Positions 9,787 to 19,785 of a stretch of DNA of 64,000 bases are shown in pieces. The stretch comes from Bacillota bacterium. GTDB lineage: Bacteria > Bacillota > Limnochordia > Limnochordales > ZCTH02-B6. The notes under the pieces were generated by a model. The model did not search any database. It was not told where the DNA came from and saw nothing but the letters and a program-made list of their open reading frames with translations. Location: the NCBI GenBank assembly GCA_017656145.1, contig JACDOI010000007.1:11047-75046 (forward strand). The letters are read 5' to 3'. The translations under genes were made by a program, and so were the position numbers. Each line of letters starts with the position of its first letter. Positions within the stretch are counted from its first letter, which is position 1.

Positions 9787-10540
9787 TCGCTCCCAAGTAC
9801 GCGGCGATGACCGCCTCGTGCCGGCGCACCTCATCGGGCGTCCCTTCCGCGATCTTCCGCCCGTGGTCCAGTACGACGATGCGCTCTGAAATTCCCATGA
9901 CCAGGCGCATGTCGTGCTCGATGAGCAGCACAGTGATGTTTCGCTCCTTCAGCCGCCGGATGAGGGCCAGAAGCTCTTCCGTCTCGCTCGCATTCATCCC
10001 GGCCGCGGGTTCGTCGAGCAACAGCAACTTGGGCTCGGCCGCCAGTGCCCGCGCGATCTCCAGCCGCCGCTGCGCTCCATACGGAAGGTTTCGCGCCCGG
10101 GCCCGCTCCATGCCTTTCAAGCCGACAAACTCAAGCAGTTCGGCTGCCCGCTCCCGGGCAGCCCGCTCCTCCCGCCGGGTGGCTGGGCCTTTGAGGATGG
10201 AAGCCAAAAGCCCGCTTTTGAGCCGCGTGTGGGCGCCGACGACCACATTGTCCCCGACGGTCATCTCGCCGAACAAGCGGATGTTTTGGAACGTGCGGGC
10301 CAAACCGAGGGCGGTGATCTCGTGTGCCCTCAGCCCATCGATGGGCCGGCCGCAAAACGTCACCGTCCCCGCGGTGGCCCGATACATCCCGGTCAGCACG
10401 TTGAACACCGTCGTCTTGCCGGCGCCGTTGGGGCCGATGAGGCTCACGATCTCGCCTTCGTCCAGGTGGAAATCGACGTCGTCCACGGCCCGCAAACCGC
10501 CGAACTGCATGGTCAGCCCCCGGACTTCAAGCAGCGCCAT
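9767..10540 (-). CDS. livG: Branched-chain amino acid ABC transporter ATP-binding protein
   Basis: Start at ATG 10540 (MALLEVRGLTMQFGG). GPNGAGKTT, LLLLDEPAAGM and C-terminal VIAAYLG. Confidence 0.85.
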   Translation of the reverse strand: MALLEVRGLTMQFGGLRAVDDVDFHLDEGEIVSLIGPNGAGKTTVFNVLTGMYRATAGTVTFCGRPIDGLRAHEITALGLARTFQNIRLFGEMTVGDNVVVGAHTRLKSGLLASILKGPATRREERAARERAAELLEFVGLKGMERARARNLPYGAQRRLEIARALAAEPKLLLLDEPAAGMNASETEELLALIRRLKERNITVLLIEHDMRLVMGISERIVVLDHGRKIAEGTPDEVRRHEAVIAAYLGASARAGH

Positions 10541-11480
10541 GCCGTTCACCTCGCGGTCCATTCGCCGGCCGGCCGGCCGCCCGGTAACGCCTGAGCCAGA
10601 CCTCAAGCCACCCGTGCTCGGAGCTGGTGCCCAAAAGCCCATTGGGCCTCAGGATCATAACGACCACCAGCAGCGCCCCGTACAACACCATGCGGTGTTC
10701 CGCGACGGCCGGAGCGGCGGTGCGCAATGCCTCCGGGAGCATCGTCATGATCGCTGCGCCCAGCACCGCACCCAACAGATTCCCGAGCCCGCCAAGCACC
10801 ACCATGGCCAGCATCTCGATGGATACCGCAAACCCGAACGACGACGGGTTGAGGTAGCGAAACCAGAATGCGAACAAAGCTCCCGCGATCCCGGCGAACG
10901 CCGCCGCCACCGTAAACGCGGTCACCTTCATCCGGGTAGTCTCGATTCCCATCGCCGCTGCGGCCACCTCGTCCTCGCGGATGGCTATGAGCGCCCGCCC
11001 GATGCGGGAGTGGACGAGGCTCGCCAGCACAAGATAGGTAACAGCGACAACCAGAATCACCAGCGGCAGGTTGGTCTCCCGGGGGATCCCCCGCAAGCCG
11101 AAGGGACCTCCGGTGATGTCCAGGTTGAGCAGCGCGATCCGCACGATCTCCCCAAACCCCAGCGTCGCAATGGCTAGGTAGTCTCCCCGCAAGCGGAGGG
11201 TGGGTAACCCCACAATGATGCCGAACAGCGTAGCCGCCGCAGCGGCCGACGCCACCGCCACCCAAAAGCCCGCCTCGGTCCGAGTGGCGAGAACGCCGGC
11301 AGTGTACGCCCCAATAGCCATAAACGCCGCATGCCCAAGGTGCAGCTGGCCGGTGAACCCGGTGACCAGGTTCAAGCTCAATGCCAGCACGATGTTGATG
11401 CCGATGGTAACGAGAATGCCATAGTAGTACGGGTTGATGAGACTTCGGATGGCCGCGTCCGCCGCATCCAGCATGCCCAT
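10527..11480 (-). CDS. livM: Branched-chain amino acid ABC transporter permease
   Basis: 317-aa polytopic permease containing GQLHLGHAAFMAIGAYT. Overlaps the livG start. Confidence 0.85.
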   Translation of the reverse strand: MGMLDAADAAIRSLINPYYYGILVTIGINIVLALSLNLVTGFTGQLHLGHAAFMAIGAYTAGVLATRTEAGFWVAVASAAAAATLFGIIVGLPTLRLRGDYLAIATLGFGEIVRIALLNLDITGGPFGLRGIPRETNLPLVILVVAVTYLVLASLVHSRIGRALIAIREDEVAAAAMGIETTRMKVTAFTVAAAFAGIAGALFAFWFRYLNPSSFGFAVSIEMLAMVVLGGLGNLLGAVLGAAIMTMLPEALRTAAPAVAEHRMVLYGALLVVVMILRPNGLLGTSSEHGWLEVWLRRYRAAGRPANGPRGERHGAA

Positions 11481-12353
11481 TTACACCTTCTCCGGCGCTG
11501 GTTTGCCCAACAAGCCCGAGGGACGGTACAAAAGCACCAGGATGAGGATGGCGAATGCGATGGCATCCCGCCATTGCGAGCTGAGCAGCGCCACCCCCAG
11601 CACCTCGATCATCCCCAGGACAAGCCCGCCTAGCATCGCCCCGGGGATATGGCCGATCCCGCCGAGCACCGCTGCAACGAACCCTTTGAGGCCCGGCATG
11701 ATACCCATGGTCGGCGTCACCGCGTTGAACAGCATCCCCACCATGACGCCGGCCGCCGCAGCCAGGGCCGACCCGATGGCAAACGTAAACGCGATGGTCC
11801 GATTGACGCTGATGCCCATCAGCGCCGCAGCCTCCCGGTCCTGGGCCACGGCCCGCATGGCTTTGCCCATCTTAGTGCGGGCCACAAGAAACTGAAGACC
11901 CACCATCATGGCTAACGCCACGGCCAGCGTCAACAGGTGCAACGTGTTGGTGCGCAGTCCGCCGATCTCAAACGACACCACCGGAAACGGAGGCAAGAAG
12001 CTGCGGGTCGACGGGCCGAAAATCCAAAGTCCCAGGTTTTGCAGGAAGATGGACATGCCGATGGCGCTGATAAGCACCGCAAGCCGGGAGGAGCGGCGCA
12101 ACGGCCGGTACGCGACAAACTCCACCACGACCCCGACGCAGGCGGCGATGACCATCGCCAGGACGAGCGCCGCAAGAAACGGAAGCTCGGCTGCGGTCAC
12201 CAGGAGCAATCCGGCGAAGGCGCCGGCCATGTAGATCTCGCCGTGGGCGAAATTGATCAGCTGCAGTACGCCGTACACCATGGTGTACCCCAGTGCGATG
12301 AGGGCGTACGTGCTCCCGGTGACTAGTCCGTTGATCAACTGTTGCCAGATCAA
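11481..12353 (-). CDS. livH: Branched-chain amino acid ABC transporter permease
   Basis: TTG 12353 gives LIWQQLINGLVTGSTYALIALGYTMVYGVLQLINFAHGE, about 290 aa as expected. Abuts livM. Confidence 0.85.
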   Translation of the reverse strand: MIWQQLINGLVTGSTYALIALGYTMVYGVLQLINFAHGEIYMAGAFAGLLLVTAAELPFLAALVLAMVIAACVGVVVEFVAYRPLRRSSRLAVLISAIGMSIFLQNLGLWIFGPSTRSFLPPFPVVSFEIGGLRTNTLHLLTLAVALAMMVGLQFLVARTKMGKAMRAVAQDREAAALMGISVNRTIAFTFAIGSALAAAAGVMVGMLFNAVTPTMGIMPGLKGFVAAVLGGIGHIPGAMLGGLVLGMIEVLGVALLSSQWRDAIAFAILILVLLYRPSGLLGKPAPEKV

Positions 12354-12601
12354 GCGCCCACCCCCGCCCTGTCCCCGCAACCGGTTCCGGCTGGAAAAAT
12401 AAGCCCCCGCCAGATGCGCGACGGCGCAAACGAAGGAGAGAGGAGCAGCCCGGCCCAAGCGCCGGTTCCCCTCCCTCCCAGCGGGCATCCACGGGCGCGC
12501 CCGCCTTTGCCAGGGCGCCCCGTCGATTGGAATCCGGTACCGGGTGCGCCCGGCACACGGACGCACCCAAACTCAAGCCCGTCCCGGTACGTCTCGAAAG
12601 C

Positions 12602-13738
12602 CTACCGTTCTTGGGCAAACCGGCCGTTCTCCACCCGAAGGATGTAGAGCGGCTTCACGGCATCGCCATTTTCCGCGAACGACGTCAAGCCGGTCACGCC
12701 CGGGAAGTCCCGGATGGCGGCGATCCCGTCCCGGATCGCTTGCCGATCCGCGCCGACTTCGCTGATCACCTGGATGAGGATGCGAGCCGAGTCGTACGCG
12801 TTGGCCGCGAACATGTCGGGCTTGCTCCCATACGCGGCCTGGTACTTCTGAACGAATTCCTTGGCCAGCTCATCCTCGGTGTCGGCGTAGAAACCGGACG
12901 TGAACAAAGCGCCTTCCACAGCCGGACCGCCCAGCGCAATGAGCTGGGGCGAGTCGAAGCCGTCGGCCCCCATGATGCGGACGTTCAGGCCTTGCAAGGC
13001 CGCCTGCTGGGCGATCTTGGCGGCTTCGGTGTAGTAGCCGGCGATGTACAAGCCGTCCGGGTTCTGAGCGGCGATGTTGGTCACCTGGGCGCTGAAGTTG
13101 CTGTCGCCGTCCAGGTACGACTCGACCGCGACCACCTCGGCGCCAAGCGCCCGAGCCGTCTGCTCAAAGCTGCGCCGCAGGCCGACCCCGTAGTCGTTGT
13201 TGGAATACAGAATGGCCAGCCGCTTCAGGCCCAGCACGGTGACGGCGTACTCGGCCATCTGAGCCGCCTGGACGTCATCGGTGATGACGTTGCGGAACTC
13301 GTATTCGCCGATCTTGGCCACGTCCGGATTCGTGGCCGACGGGGTAATGAAGGGAACGCCCGAATCCTGGGCGATGAGCCCGGCCGTCAACGTCTCGCCG
13401 CTCAGGACGGGACCGACGATGGCCGCTACCTGGTCCAGCTCAATCAGCTTGTTGATCGCGTTGAGTGCCTGAACCTGATCGCCCCGGGTGTCCTCTTTGC
13501 GCAACACGAACCGAACGTTGTACATGCCCGAAGCGTTGGCCTCGTTGATGGCCAGCTCGACGCCGTTCGCCACGCTGGTTCCGTACGTCGCGTAGTCCCC
13601 GGACAACGGTCCCAGCGTTCCGATGACCACCTCGGGCACTTGAGCCAGAGCGGCCATTCCAAAAGCCAGGACGAATAGTCCAACGGCCGCGGCCACAAAT
13701 GATTTCGCCCGCCAATTGCCTAACCGATGCACTGACAC
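12602..13738 (-). CDS. Branched-chain amino acid ABC transporter substrate-binding protein
   Basis: GTG 13738 lies 5 nt after AAGGAGG. Signal-like FVAAAVGLFVLAFGMAALAQ is followed by VIGTLGPLSGDYATYG (type I periplasmic binding fold). Confidence 0.85.
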   Translation of the reverse strand: MSVHRLGNWRAKSFVAAAVGLFVLAFGMAALAQVPEVVIGTLGPLSGDYATYGTSVANGVELAINEANASGMYNVRFVLRKEDTRGDQVQALNAINKLIELDQVAAIVGPVLSGETLTAGLIAQDSGVPFITPSATNPDVAKIGEYEFRNVITDDVQAAQMAEYAVTVLGLKRLAILYSNNDYGVGLRRSFEQTARALGAEVVAVESYLDGDSNFSAQVTNIAAQNPDGLYIAGYYTEAAKIAQQAALQGLNVRIMGADGFDSPQLIALGGPAVEGALFTSGFYADTEDELAKEFVQKYQAAYGSKPDMFAANAYDSARILIQVISEVGADRQAIRDGIAAIRDFPGVTGLTSFAENGDAVKPLYILRVENGRFAQER

Positions 13739-14070
13739 GCCATCCTCCTTTTCGCGACGGGAATTTGGCACCTGTCGGGGCCCCCGGCGCCGACTGAATG
13801 ATATTTCCCTGATGATTCGGCAAGAAAGAAGCTTTCCCTTCTCCACGGGCTCCGCCGCCTGTGCATCTAAGCTGCTTTCCGGGCCTGGGAAATGCTCCCA
13901 GCCGCCCCCCCGAGGCGGTTTCAAGCCCGGCGCGGGACTGCCACAAACCGCGCCAGAGTTCCACAGGCCTCGAGAACAAGAGCCGGAAAGACAGGTCTCG
14001 AGGGGCGGAGGGCGAACATAAGGACAAAGTGATAAAACCAATCGCACTGAGTTCATAGAGGTGATGTCTT

Positions 14071-14640
14071 GTGCAGTACGATGTCGCAGTGGTGGGCGGT
14101 GGGACGGCCGGAGGCAGCGCTGCCGTCTTTTTGGCCAAAGCCGGTCTCAAAACGCTCGTCCTCGACAACGACAAGGGGCAAACCCGCCGGGCCTGGATCG
14201 AAAATCATTACGGCTTTGCCGATGGAATCTCCGGACCGGACCTGGTCGATGCCGGCCAAAAGCAAGCCAAGAAGCTGGGGGCAGATTGGCAGATCGGCCA
14301 GGTGGTCGCCATCGAACGCAAGGACGACGGATTTGTGCTCAATACCGACGACGGACGGAGCTTTGAGGCAAAGCAGGTTGTGCTCGCCACCGGTGCGGCG
14401 ATGGGCTTAGCCGAAGCCCTCAACCTGGAGTTTACCGACGGGCGGGAAACGCGCTACCCGCGAGTCGTCAAGGTGGATGCCGACGGGCGCACCAGCCAGC
14501 CCGGCATCTGGGCTGCGGGAATTCTCGCGGGTGTCAGCGCGCACACCATTATCACCGCCGGGCACGGCGCCCATGTGGCGGTAGGCCTCATCAGCGAGCT
14601 GCAAGGTTCCCGCCACGTTCAGCATGACGTGTTGAAGTAA
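14071..14640 (+). CDS. Small FAD-dependent oxidoreductase (thioredoxin-reductase-like, single dinucleotide-binding domain)
   Basis: YDVAVVGGGTAGGSAAVFLAKAGLKTLVLD (GxGxxG) and C-terminal GIWAAGILAG FAD motif. Confidence 0.6.
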   Translation: MQYDVAVVGGGTAGGSAAVFLAKAGLKTLVLDNDKGQTRRAWIENHYGFADGISGPDLVDAGQKQAKKLGADWQIGQVVAIERKDDGFVLNTDDGRSFEAKQVVLATGAAMGLAEALNLEFTDGRETRYPRVVKVDADGRTSQPGIWAAGILAGVSAHTIITAGHGAHVAVGLISELQGSRHVQHDVLK

Positions 14641-14844
14641 CAAACAGAGAGAGGTTAATGAAAGGCGCGTCGCTGCCCTCGTTTGGCCGCGGCGATGCGC
14701 AAGCTAGATGAAGCGCTTGCCCTTGCCACCCACCGCACGCTGTGCGGTGGGTGGTGCTGTCTGCGGCGGTCGTGCGCGACCCCGGGAAGGAGTGAACGGG
14801 CCAGAAGACGAACTGGGGCGATAGCAAAGGAGCGGACGAATCGC

Positions 14845-15492
14845 TTGGACTTATGGGTTCTGTTCACCACCGCCTTCCTGGTCGGCCTGTCGGGCGCGCT
14901 GGCTCCCGGACCGCTTACGACCATGGCGATCCGAGAGGCTAGCCAGGGCGGATTTTGGCGGGGCTGGTCGGTGGCGCTCGGCCACGCCATTCCCGAAGGC
15001 GTGCTCGTCGGGGGCCTGGCGTTCGGCTTGGGCGAGTGGCTGAGCCGCTCGCCGGTCATCGGCACTCTGTCCCTGGCCGGCGGTGCCTTTCTGCTCTGGA
15101 TGGGCCGCGGGACCCTGGCCGAAGCCCAGCACGCCCGCCTCCCCGCGGCGAATCGGGGGGACGAACGGGCCGCCGGCAATTCCATTTTGGCCGGGGTAGG
15201 TACGACGCTGTCCAACCCGTACTGGTTTCTGTGGTGGGCCACAATCGGATCGGGCTACGTTGCCCTGTCGCAAGCGGGCGGGTGGCTTGCGGTGATTGTC
15301 TTTTTCTGCGGCCACATTTTAGCTGATATCGGTTGGCTGGGCCTTGTCGCCGGCGTCACCGCTTCGGGCCGGCGATTCGCCGGCGACGGCATCTATCGCG
15401 GCGTTCTAGCGGTCCTCGGCGTTTTCTTGCTGGGCTTCGGCGTCTACTTCCTCTGGACGGGCTGGGGATTCCTGACGGGCCGCTCGGCATAG
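14845..15492 (+). CDS. LysE-family amino acid exporter
   Basis: TTG 14845 gives LDLWVLFTTAFLVGLSGALAPGPLTTMAI. About 215 aa with 5-6 TM helices. Confidence 0.7.
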   Translation: MDLWVLFTTAFLVGLSGALAPGPLTTMAIREASQGGFWRGWSVALGHAIPEGVLVGGLAFGLGEWLSRSPVIGTLSLAGGAFLLWMGRGTLAEAQHARLPAANRGDERAAGNSILAGVGTTLSNPYWFLWWATIGSGYVALSQAGGWLAVIVFFCGHILADIGWLGLVAGVTASGRRFAGDGIYRGVLAVLGVFLLGFGVYFLWTGWGFLTGRSA

Positions 15493-15744
15493 AGCCGGAT
15501 CTCTCACGCCATTCCTCAACACATCAAGCTAGGCAAAAGATCGCGATGGACCAAACCGCGGCGGCTTGCGGTCACCTGCGAGTTGATCGTCACCGGCCCC
15601 GCCGGCGGCAACGCTGCGCGCTGGCAGAAGAGCAGGCGGACCGGAAGGCGCAGGTTGACAGCGGGAACCAACAGCGCGATAATATCGGTAACTCCTATCG
15701 GAATTTACGACTTTGGTGCTCCTGAAACTACCGGACGTTTCGGG

Positions 15745-16383
15745 GTGAGAACGGTGCGGAACTTCGCCGAGCTGTTTGACGCGTGGGCACCTACCTACGA
15801 CGAGTTCGTGGCTCGCCGCGAAGCCGAAGTGTTTGAAGACTACGAGGCAATTTTGTCCGCGGTCGCCGGAAAAGTGCAGGGACGCCCGGGGGATTGGGTG
15901 CTCGATGTGGGAACCGGCACCGGAAACCTAGCCGGCCGGCTCAGGGCCGCGGGCTACAACGTCATCGGCGTCGATCCCAGCCGAGAAATGCGCCGCCGGG
16001 CGCGGGCCAAGTTTCCCCACGTTCCGGTGGTGGAGGGTAGCTTCCTGCGGCTGCCCGTCGGCGATGCCAGCGTGCGAGCCGTCGTCAGCTCGTACGCCTT
16101 CCACCATCTGACAGACACCGAGAAAGACGAGGCCATTGCCGAATCTTTGCGGGTGCTGGTGCCCGGCGGCCGCATCGTCATCGCCGACGTTGCCTTTGCC
16201 AGCCAGGCCGCTCGCGACGAAACGATCAAAGCGTTGCGGACGGCGGGACGACATGAGTTTGCGGACGAGTTGGAAGCCGAGTATTACGCCTGCGTCCCCC
16301 AGCTGGTCGAATTGTTCCGGGCACACGGTCGCCGCGCCGAAGTCCAGCAGCTCACCCGCTGGGTCTGGCTGGTGGCGGCGTGA
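15745..16383 (+). CDS. Class I SAM-dependent methyltransferase
   Basis: VLDVGTGTGNLAGRL (motif I) and PGGRIVIADV. Start is GTG 15745 or 15754; upstream codons of the track ORF look non-coding. Confidence 0.75.
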   Translation: MRTVRNFAELFDAWAPTYDEFVARREAEVFEDYEAILSAVAGKVQGRPGDWVLDVGTGTGNLAGRLRAAGYNVIGVDPSREMRRRARAKFPHVPVVEGSFLRLPVGDASVRAVVSSYAFHHLTDTEKDEAIAESLRVLVPGGRIVIADVAFASQAARDETIKALRTAGRHEFADELEAEYYACVPQLVELFRAHGRRAEVQQLTRWVWLVAA

Positions 16384-16408
16384 CCTTTTCCTCTTCCTCC
16401 TTTTCCTA

Positions 16409-16467
16409 TTGACAAGGAGTCAGCCCAGGCATTACCATATGCGCGTCATTAGGTTGTCCTAAGTTTA
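16409..16467 (+). promoter_or_regulatory. Putative sigma-A-type promoter plus palindromic operator upstream of the iron-siderophore-type binding protein
   Basis: TTGACA at 16409-16414, an 18-nt spacer, then TACCAT at 16433-16438. TTAGG-N4-CCTAA lies inside TTAGGTTGTCCTAAGTTTA (16449-16467), a 13/19 hand match to the IdeR/DtxR iron-box consensus. Confidence 0.35.
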
Positions 16468-16489
16468 TGACCGCGCCGCCCCTATACCG

Positions 16490-17551
16490 GTGGGCGGGCG
16501 TCACCGCGGGGAGGAGACCATCACGTTGGTACACGACCGAGCCCATCGCGCAAAGGGTCGTTCGGCAACGCTCGGCTCCAGGGCAACCCTTCTGGCCCTG
16601 GCCTTCAGCCTCGTTCTCGTTCCCGGTCTGGTTTCAGCCCAGCCGTATCCGGTCGCCATTGAGCACAAGTACGGGACGCTTGTCCTTCATGAGCGCCCCC
16701 GCCGGGTGGTGACCATCGGGTTCAGCGAGCAGGATCCGGTGCTGGCTTTAGGCACGGTTCCAGTCGCCATCCGCTACTGGTTCGGCCCGGAGGCCGGCTG
16801 GCCGTGGGCGAAGGACCGTTTGGGCTCCGCCCAGCCCGAGGTGCTGCACATGCCCTTCGGCGAGCTGGACATGGAGCGCATTGCATCCCTCCGCCCGGAC
16901 CTGATCGTCGCTACCCATTCCGGGATCAACAAAGAGGAGTACGACATCCTCAGTCGCATCGCCCCGACGCTGGCCCAGTCCGCGGCGTTTCCCGACTTCG
17001 GCATGCCGTGGGAAGAGCAAACCCTGTTCATCGGGCGGGCGCTGGGCAAGGAGCAGGAGGCCAAAGGGCTCATCGCCCAAGTGGAAGAAGCCATCGCCGA
17101 TGCCCGGCGGGCCCATCAGCAGTTTGGCCGGGCGACCATCGCCTGGATCTCCCCGGCGGAAGGCCAGGGACAGTATTGGGCGGTGGGACCGAACACACCT
17201 CCCATGCGGTTTCTCGCCGCGCTGGGCTTTCGCCTGCCCGATCAGTTGGCTCAGGTGATCGGAACCCGGGATTCGGCTCCCATAAGCGCGGAGCAACTGC
17301 ACCTGGCAGACGCCGACGTAATCATCTTCCAAGTCGACTCGGATGCCGAGAAGGAGGCTTTCCTTGGCGACCCGATCTTCTCGCGCCTCGCTGCGGTTCG
17401 GCAAAAGCGCCTCGTCCTTTTCGTCGGGCTCGACGACCCCGTTTACGGGGCGCTGAGCTACAGCACCGTCTTGAGCTTGCCCTACGCGCTGGAACACCTG
17501 GTGCCGCGCCTCGCGGACGCGCTGGCCGGCCGGGGTGAACCTTCGCACTGA
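16490..17551 (+). CDS. ABC transporter substrate-binding protein, iron-siderophore/cobalamin (class III PBP) type
   Basis: RRVVTIGFSEQDPVLALGTVPVAI and LRPDLIVATHSG. The exact start is uncertain. Confidence 0.7.
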   Translation: MGGRHRGEETITLVHDRAHRAKGRSATLGSRATLLALAFSLVLVPGLVSAQPYPVAIEHKYGTLVLHERPRRVVTIGFSEQDPVLALGTVPVAIRYWFGPEAGWPWAKDRLGSAQPEVLHMPFGELDMERIASLRPDLIVATHSGINKEEYDILSRIAPTLAQSAAFPDFGMPWEEQTLFIGRALGKEQEAKGLIAQVEEAIADARRAHQQFGRATIAWISPAEGQGQYWAVGPNTPPMRFLAALGFRLPDQLAQVIGTRDSAPISAEQLHLADADVIIFQVDSDAEKEAFLGDPIFSRLAAVRQKRLVLFVGLDDPVYGALSYSTVLSLPYALEHLVPRLADALAGRGEPSH

Positions 17552-17652
17552 CACGGTGTGCGCCTGCTGGTGCGGCACATTAGCGGCGGCTGACCGCGGC
17601 CAAAATCGCCCGACGGCCCGCCGCAATCAGAGGACTTTGGGAGCTGTACGAG

Positions 17653-18423
17653 TTGTTCTACGGCGACTGGGACGGGACGGACCGCCGCCCGCACGTTCCG
17701 TTTCCCGCGGGACTGGCGGCGGTCCGCATCGAACGCCGCGCCAACCGGTTCACCGTGGAAGCCCGGACGGCGCCGTCGGACCCCCGGGCGGTCCGTTGCG
17801 GCTCCGCTCGTCCGACCCCGCTCCGCCTGCACCTTCCCAATTCCGGGCGCATGCGGGAACTGCTCGTGCCGGGAACCCTGGGACTGGCATCCGTGGAACG
17901 GCGAAGCGGGCGGCGCACCGACGGCACGCTCCTGCTCGTGCGGTACCGGGGCCGTTGGGTCTCGGTGGACGCCCACATGCCCAACCGCCTCATGAGCCGC
18001 TGCCTCGAAACCGGTTACCTTCCGCCGTTTCGGCATTATCGCTCGTGGCGCTCCGAGGTGCGATGGGGCCGGGGACGGGTAGATTTCCTCCTTGACGGCC
18101 AACCGCCGTGCCTTGTGGAAACCAAGTCGTGCAATCTGGTGGAGAACGGCCTCGCGTTGTTTCCCGACGCTCCCACCGGGCGGGGCACCCGCCACCTTTC
18201 GGAGCTAGCCCAGGCCGTCCGGGACGGGTACCGGGCGGCCGTCGTCTGGTTCGTTCAGCGGGACGATGCCCGTTCCCTGGCGGCCCATCGCGACGCGGAT
18301 CCCGCCTTTGCCGATGCCCTGGCCCTAGCCCGAGCCTGCGGCGTGGAGGCCTACGCCTACCGGTGCCAGGTGCGGCCGGAGGGCGTTACGGTGCTCGACG
18401 AAATCCCGGTCCTATCCGACTGA
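17653..18423 (+). CDS. sfsA: Sugar fermentation stimulation protein A (SfsA nuclease family)
   Basis: RANRFTVEA, LHLPNSGRMRELLVPG, VDAHMPNRL, RVDFLL, LVETKSCNL and FPDAPTGRGTRHL. Confidence 0.85.
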   Translation: MFYGDWDGTDRRPHVPFPAGLAAVRIERRANRFTVEARTAPSDPRAVRCGSARPTPLRLHLPNSGRMRELLVPGTLGLASVERRSGRRTDGTLLLVRYRGRWVSVDAHMPNRLMSRCLETGYLPPFRHYRSWRSEVRWGRGRVDFLLDGQPPCLVETKSCNLVENGLALFPDAPTGRGTRHLSELAQAVRDGYRAAVVWFVQRDDARSLAAHRDADPAFADALALARACGVEAYAYRCQVRPEGVTVLDEIPVLSD

Positions 18424-18626
18424 ACCGCGGCGGTCCGAAACAAAGTCTCCCGGGCAAGTGCGCCTCAGCCGGCCCTGCCCTGCCGGCTGAAGCGTCTCCG
18501 CCTCCCCGGGAGGATCGCCGGGTCCGGAACAGAAGTATCGCTTGAAGGGTGCCCGCTAGCGGCCTCAAACGGCCACGGGCCCAACTTCTCGCGCGCGGCG
18601 GGATGGACACAGGCGGGTGATGTGGT

Positions 18627-19313
18627 ATGCGAAACGGTCTTGCGGCCAACAGACGGTTGCGGCGCACCATCGTCGCGGCCCTCGTCCTGGCCGCGCTTTT
18701 GGCGGGAGGCCAGTGGTTTTGGACGGGCCCGGAAGCCGCTGCGGACCGGACGCAGGCGGCCTCCTACTACGACCAATTCCCCGTACAGGGAACCACCATA
18801 GGAAATCCCGACGCGCCCGTAAGCGTTGAGGAGTACTTCGATTTTCAATGCCCTCACTGCCAGACCGCTTCCGAGCAAGTAGTCAAACGGCTTCTCGACG
18901 AATACGTGGCGGAAGGCTCGGTGTCGTTTACCTACCGGTTCTTCCCGATCCTCGGCCCCGAGTCGGTGATGGCCGCCCGGGCCGGGTACTGCGCCGCGGA
19001 CATGGGGGCGTTTTGGCCGTACCAGGACGTGCTCTTCGAGAAAAAGGGCACTGGAAACCGGGGCACCTACAGCCGGGACAACCTCATCGCCTACGCGCGG
19101 CAGGTAGGGCTCGACTCCAGCGAGTTTGGAGCGTGCCTCGACGGCGACGCCTCGCTGCAACATGTCCAGCAGGCGTATGATCGTGCAATCCGCATGGGCC
19201 TTCAGGGCACTCCGACGTTCGTCGTCAACGGCCGGGTGCTGACGCTTACGGCATGGGAGGATGTGTTCCGCGCCGTCGACCGCGCGCTGGAAGCCGCATC
19301 TAAAGCACCTTGA
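18627..19313 (+). CDS. DsbA-family thiol:disulfide oxidoreductase, membrane-anchored
   Basis: N-terminal TM helix and FDFQCPHCQ (CxxC) in a thioredoxin fold. Confidence 0.75.
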   Translation: MRNGLAANRRLRRTIVAALVLAALLAGGQWFWTGPEAAADRTQAASYYDQFPVQGTTIGNPDAPVSVEEYFDFQCPHCQTASEQVVKRLLDEYVAEGSVSFTYRFFPILGPESVMAARAGYCAADMGAFWPYQDVLFEKKGTGNRGTYSRDNLIAYARQVGLDSSEFGACLDGDASLQHVQQAYDRAIRMGLQGTPTFVVNGRVLTLTAWEDVFRAVDRALEAASKAP

Positions 19314-19785
19314 TCACAAAGGCCGCGGTCATGCCGGCGGCGACGGCCAGCTTCACCGCCATGGAGCCCAAGGTGCCCACAAGACCGCCCCATCCCGCCC
19401 GGACCGAATCGGGCAGCGACCGGCCGGCCAAAAGCTCCCCCGCGAGAGCGCCGAGAAACGGCCCGATCAACAGTCCCAGCGGCAAAAAGAACAGGCCCGC
19501 GAGCGCGCCGATGACCGCTCCCCATGACCCGCCCTTCCCCGCCCCGTACCGGCGGGCGCCCCATGCCCGGGCCAGATGATCCGCGACTTCCGAAGCGACC
19601 ACCACCGCGAAGGACATGCCGAGAAAGGTCGCGTCCACCCGTTCGAACCCTTCTACAAGACCGAACAGGAACATCGTCAGCCAAATCAGGGGAATCCCCG
19701 GCAACATCGGCAAAACCGTGCCCAAGACTCCCGCAGCCATCGCGACCAGGGCAACCGCAAAGGCAATCCATGCCGCAATTCCCAC
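19300..19785 (-). CDS. DUF456 membrane protein
   Basis: GTG 19785 lies 8 nt after GGAGG. GTVLPMLPGIPLIWLTMFLFGLVEGF is typical of DUF456. Confidence 0.6.
   Translation of the reverse strand: MGIAAWIAFAVALVAMAAGVLGTVLPMLPGIPLIWLTMFLFGLVEGFERVDATFLGMSFAVVVASEVADHLARAWGARRYGAGKGGSWGAVIGALAGLFFLPLGLLIGPFLGALAGELLAGRSLPDSVRAGWGGLVGTLGSMAVKLAVAAGMTAAFVIKVL

Noticed and set aside
9807-11177. Long antisense or alternative-frame ORFs in the track (e.g. 1774-3024, 5192-6772, 9807-11177, 27143-28201, 28313-30115, 29986-31491, 31670-32989, 32962-34404, 34423-35442, 62117-63457)
   Set aside because: These are typical high-GC shadow ORFs. Their translations are Arg/Pro/Gly/Ala-rich and low-complexity. 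Each overlaps a gene on the other strand or in another frame that has clear family signatures.
12394-12427. Possible attenuator or terminator between the binding-protein gene and livH (T-run on the minus strand after a GC-rich segment)
   Set aside because: The best stem I could draw is only 4-5 bp (CGCC/GGCG), which is too weak to call.
13739-14070. The 330-nt untranslated stretch upstream of the LIV binding-protein gene as a riboswitch or T-box leader
   Set aside because: I could find no T-box specifier or antiterminator sequence and no riboswitch core that I recognise. It is also a divergent promoter region shared with the 14071 gene, which may explain its length.
18465-18490. 9-bp hairpin TCAGCCGGC-N8-GCCGGCTGA after sfsA as an intrinsic terminator
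   Set aside because: No U-tract follows, so it was not reported as a feature. It may still be a weak or factor-dependent terminator.
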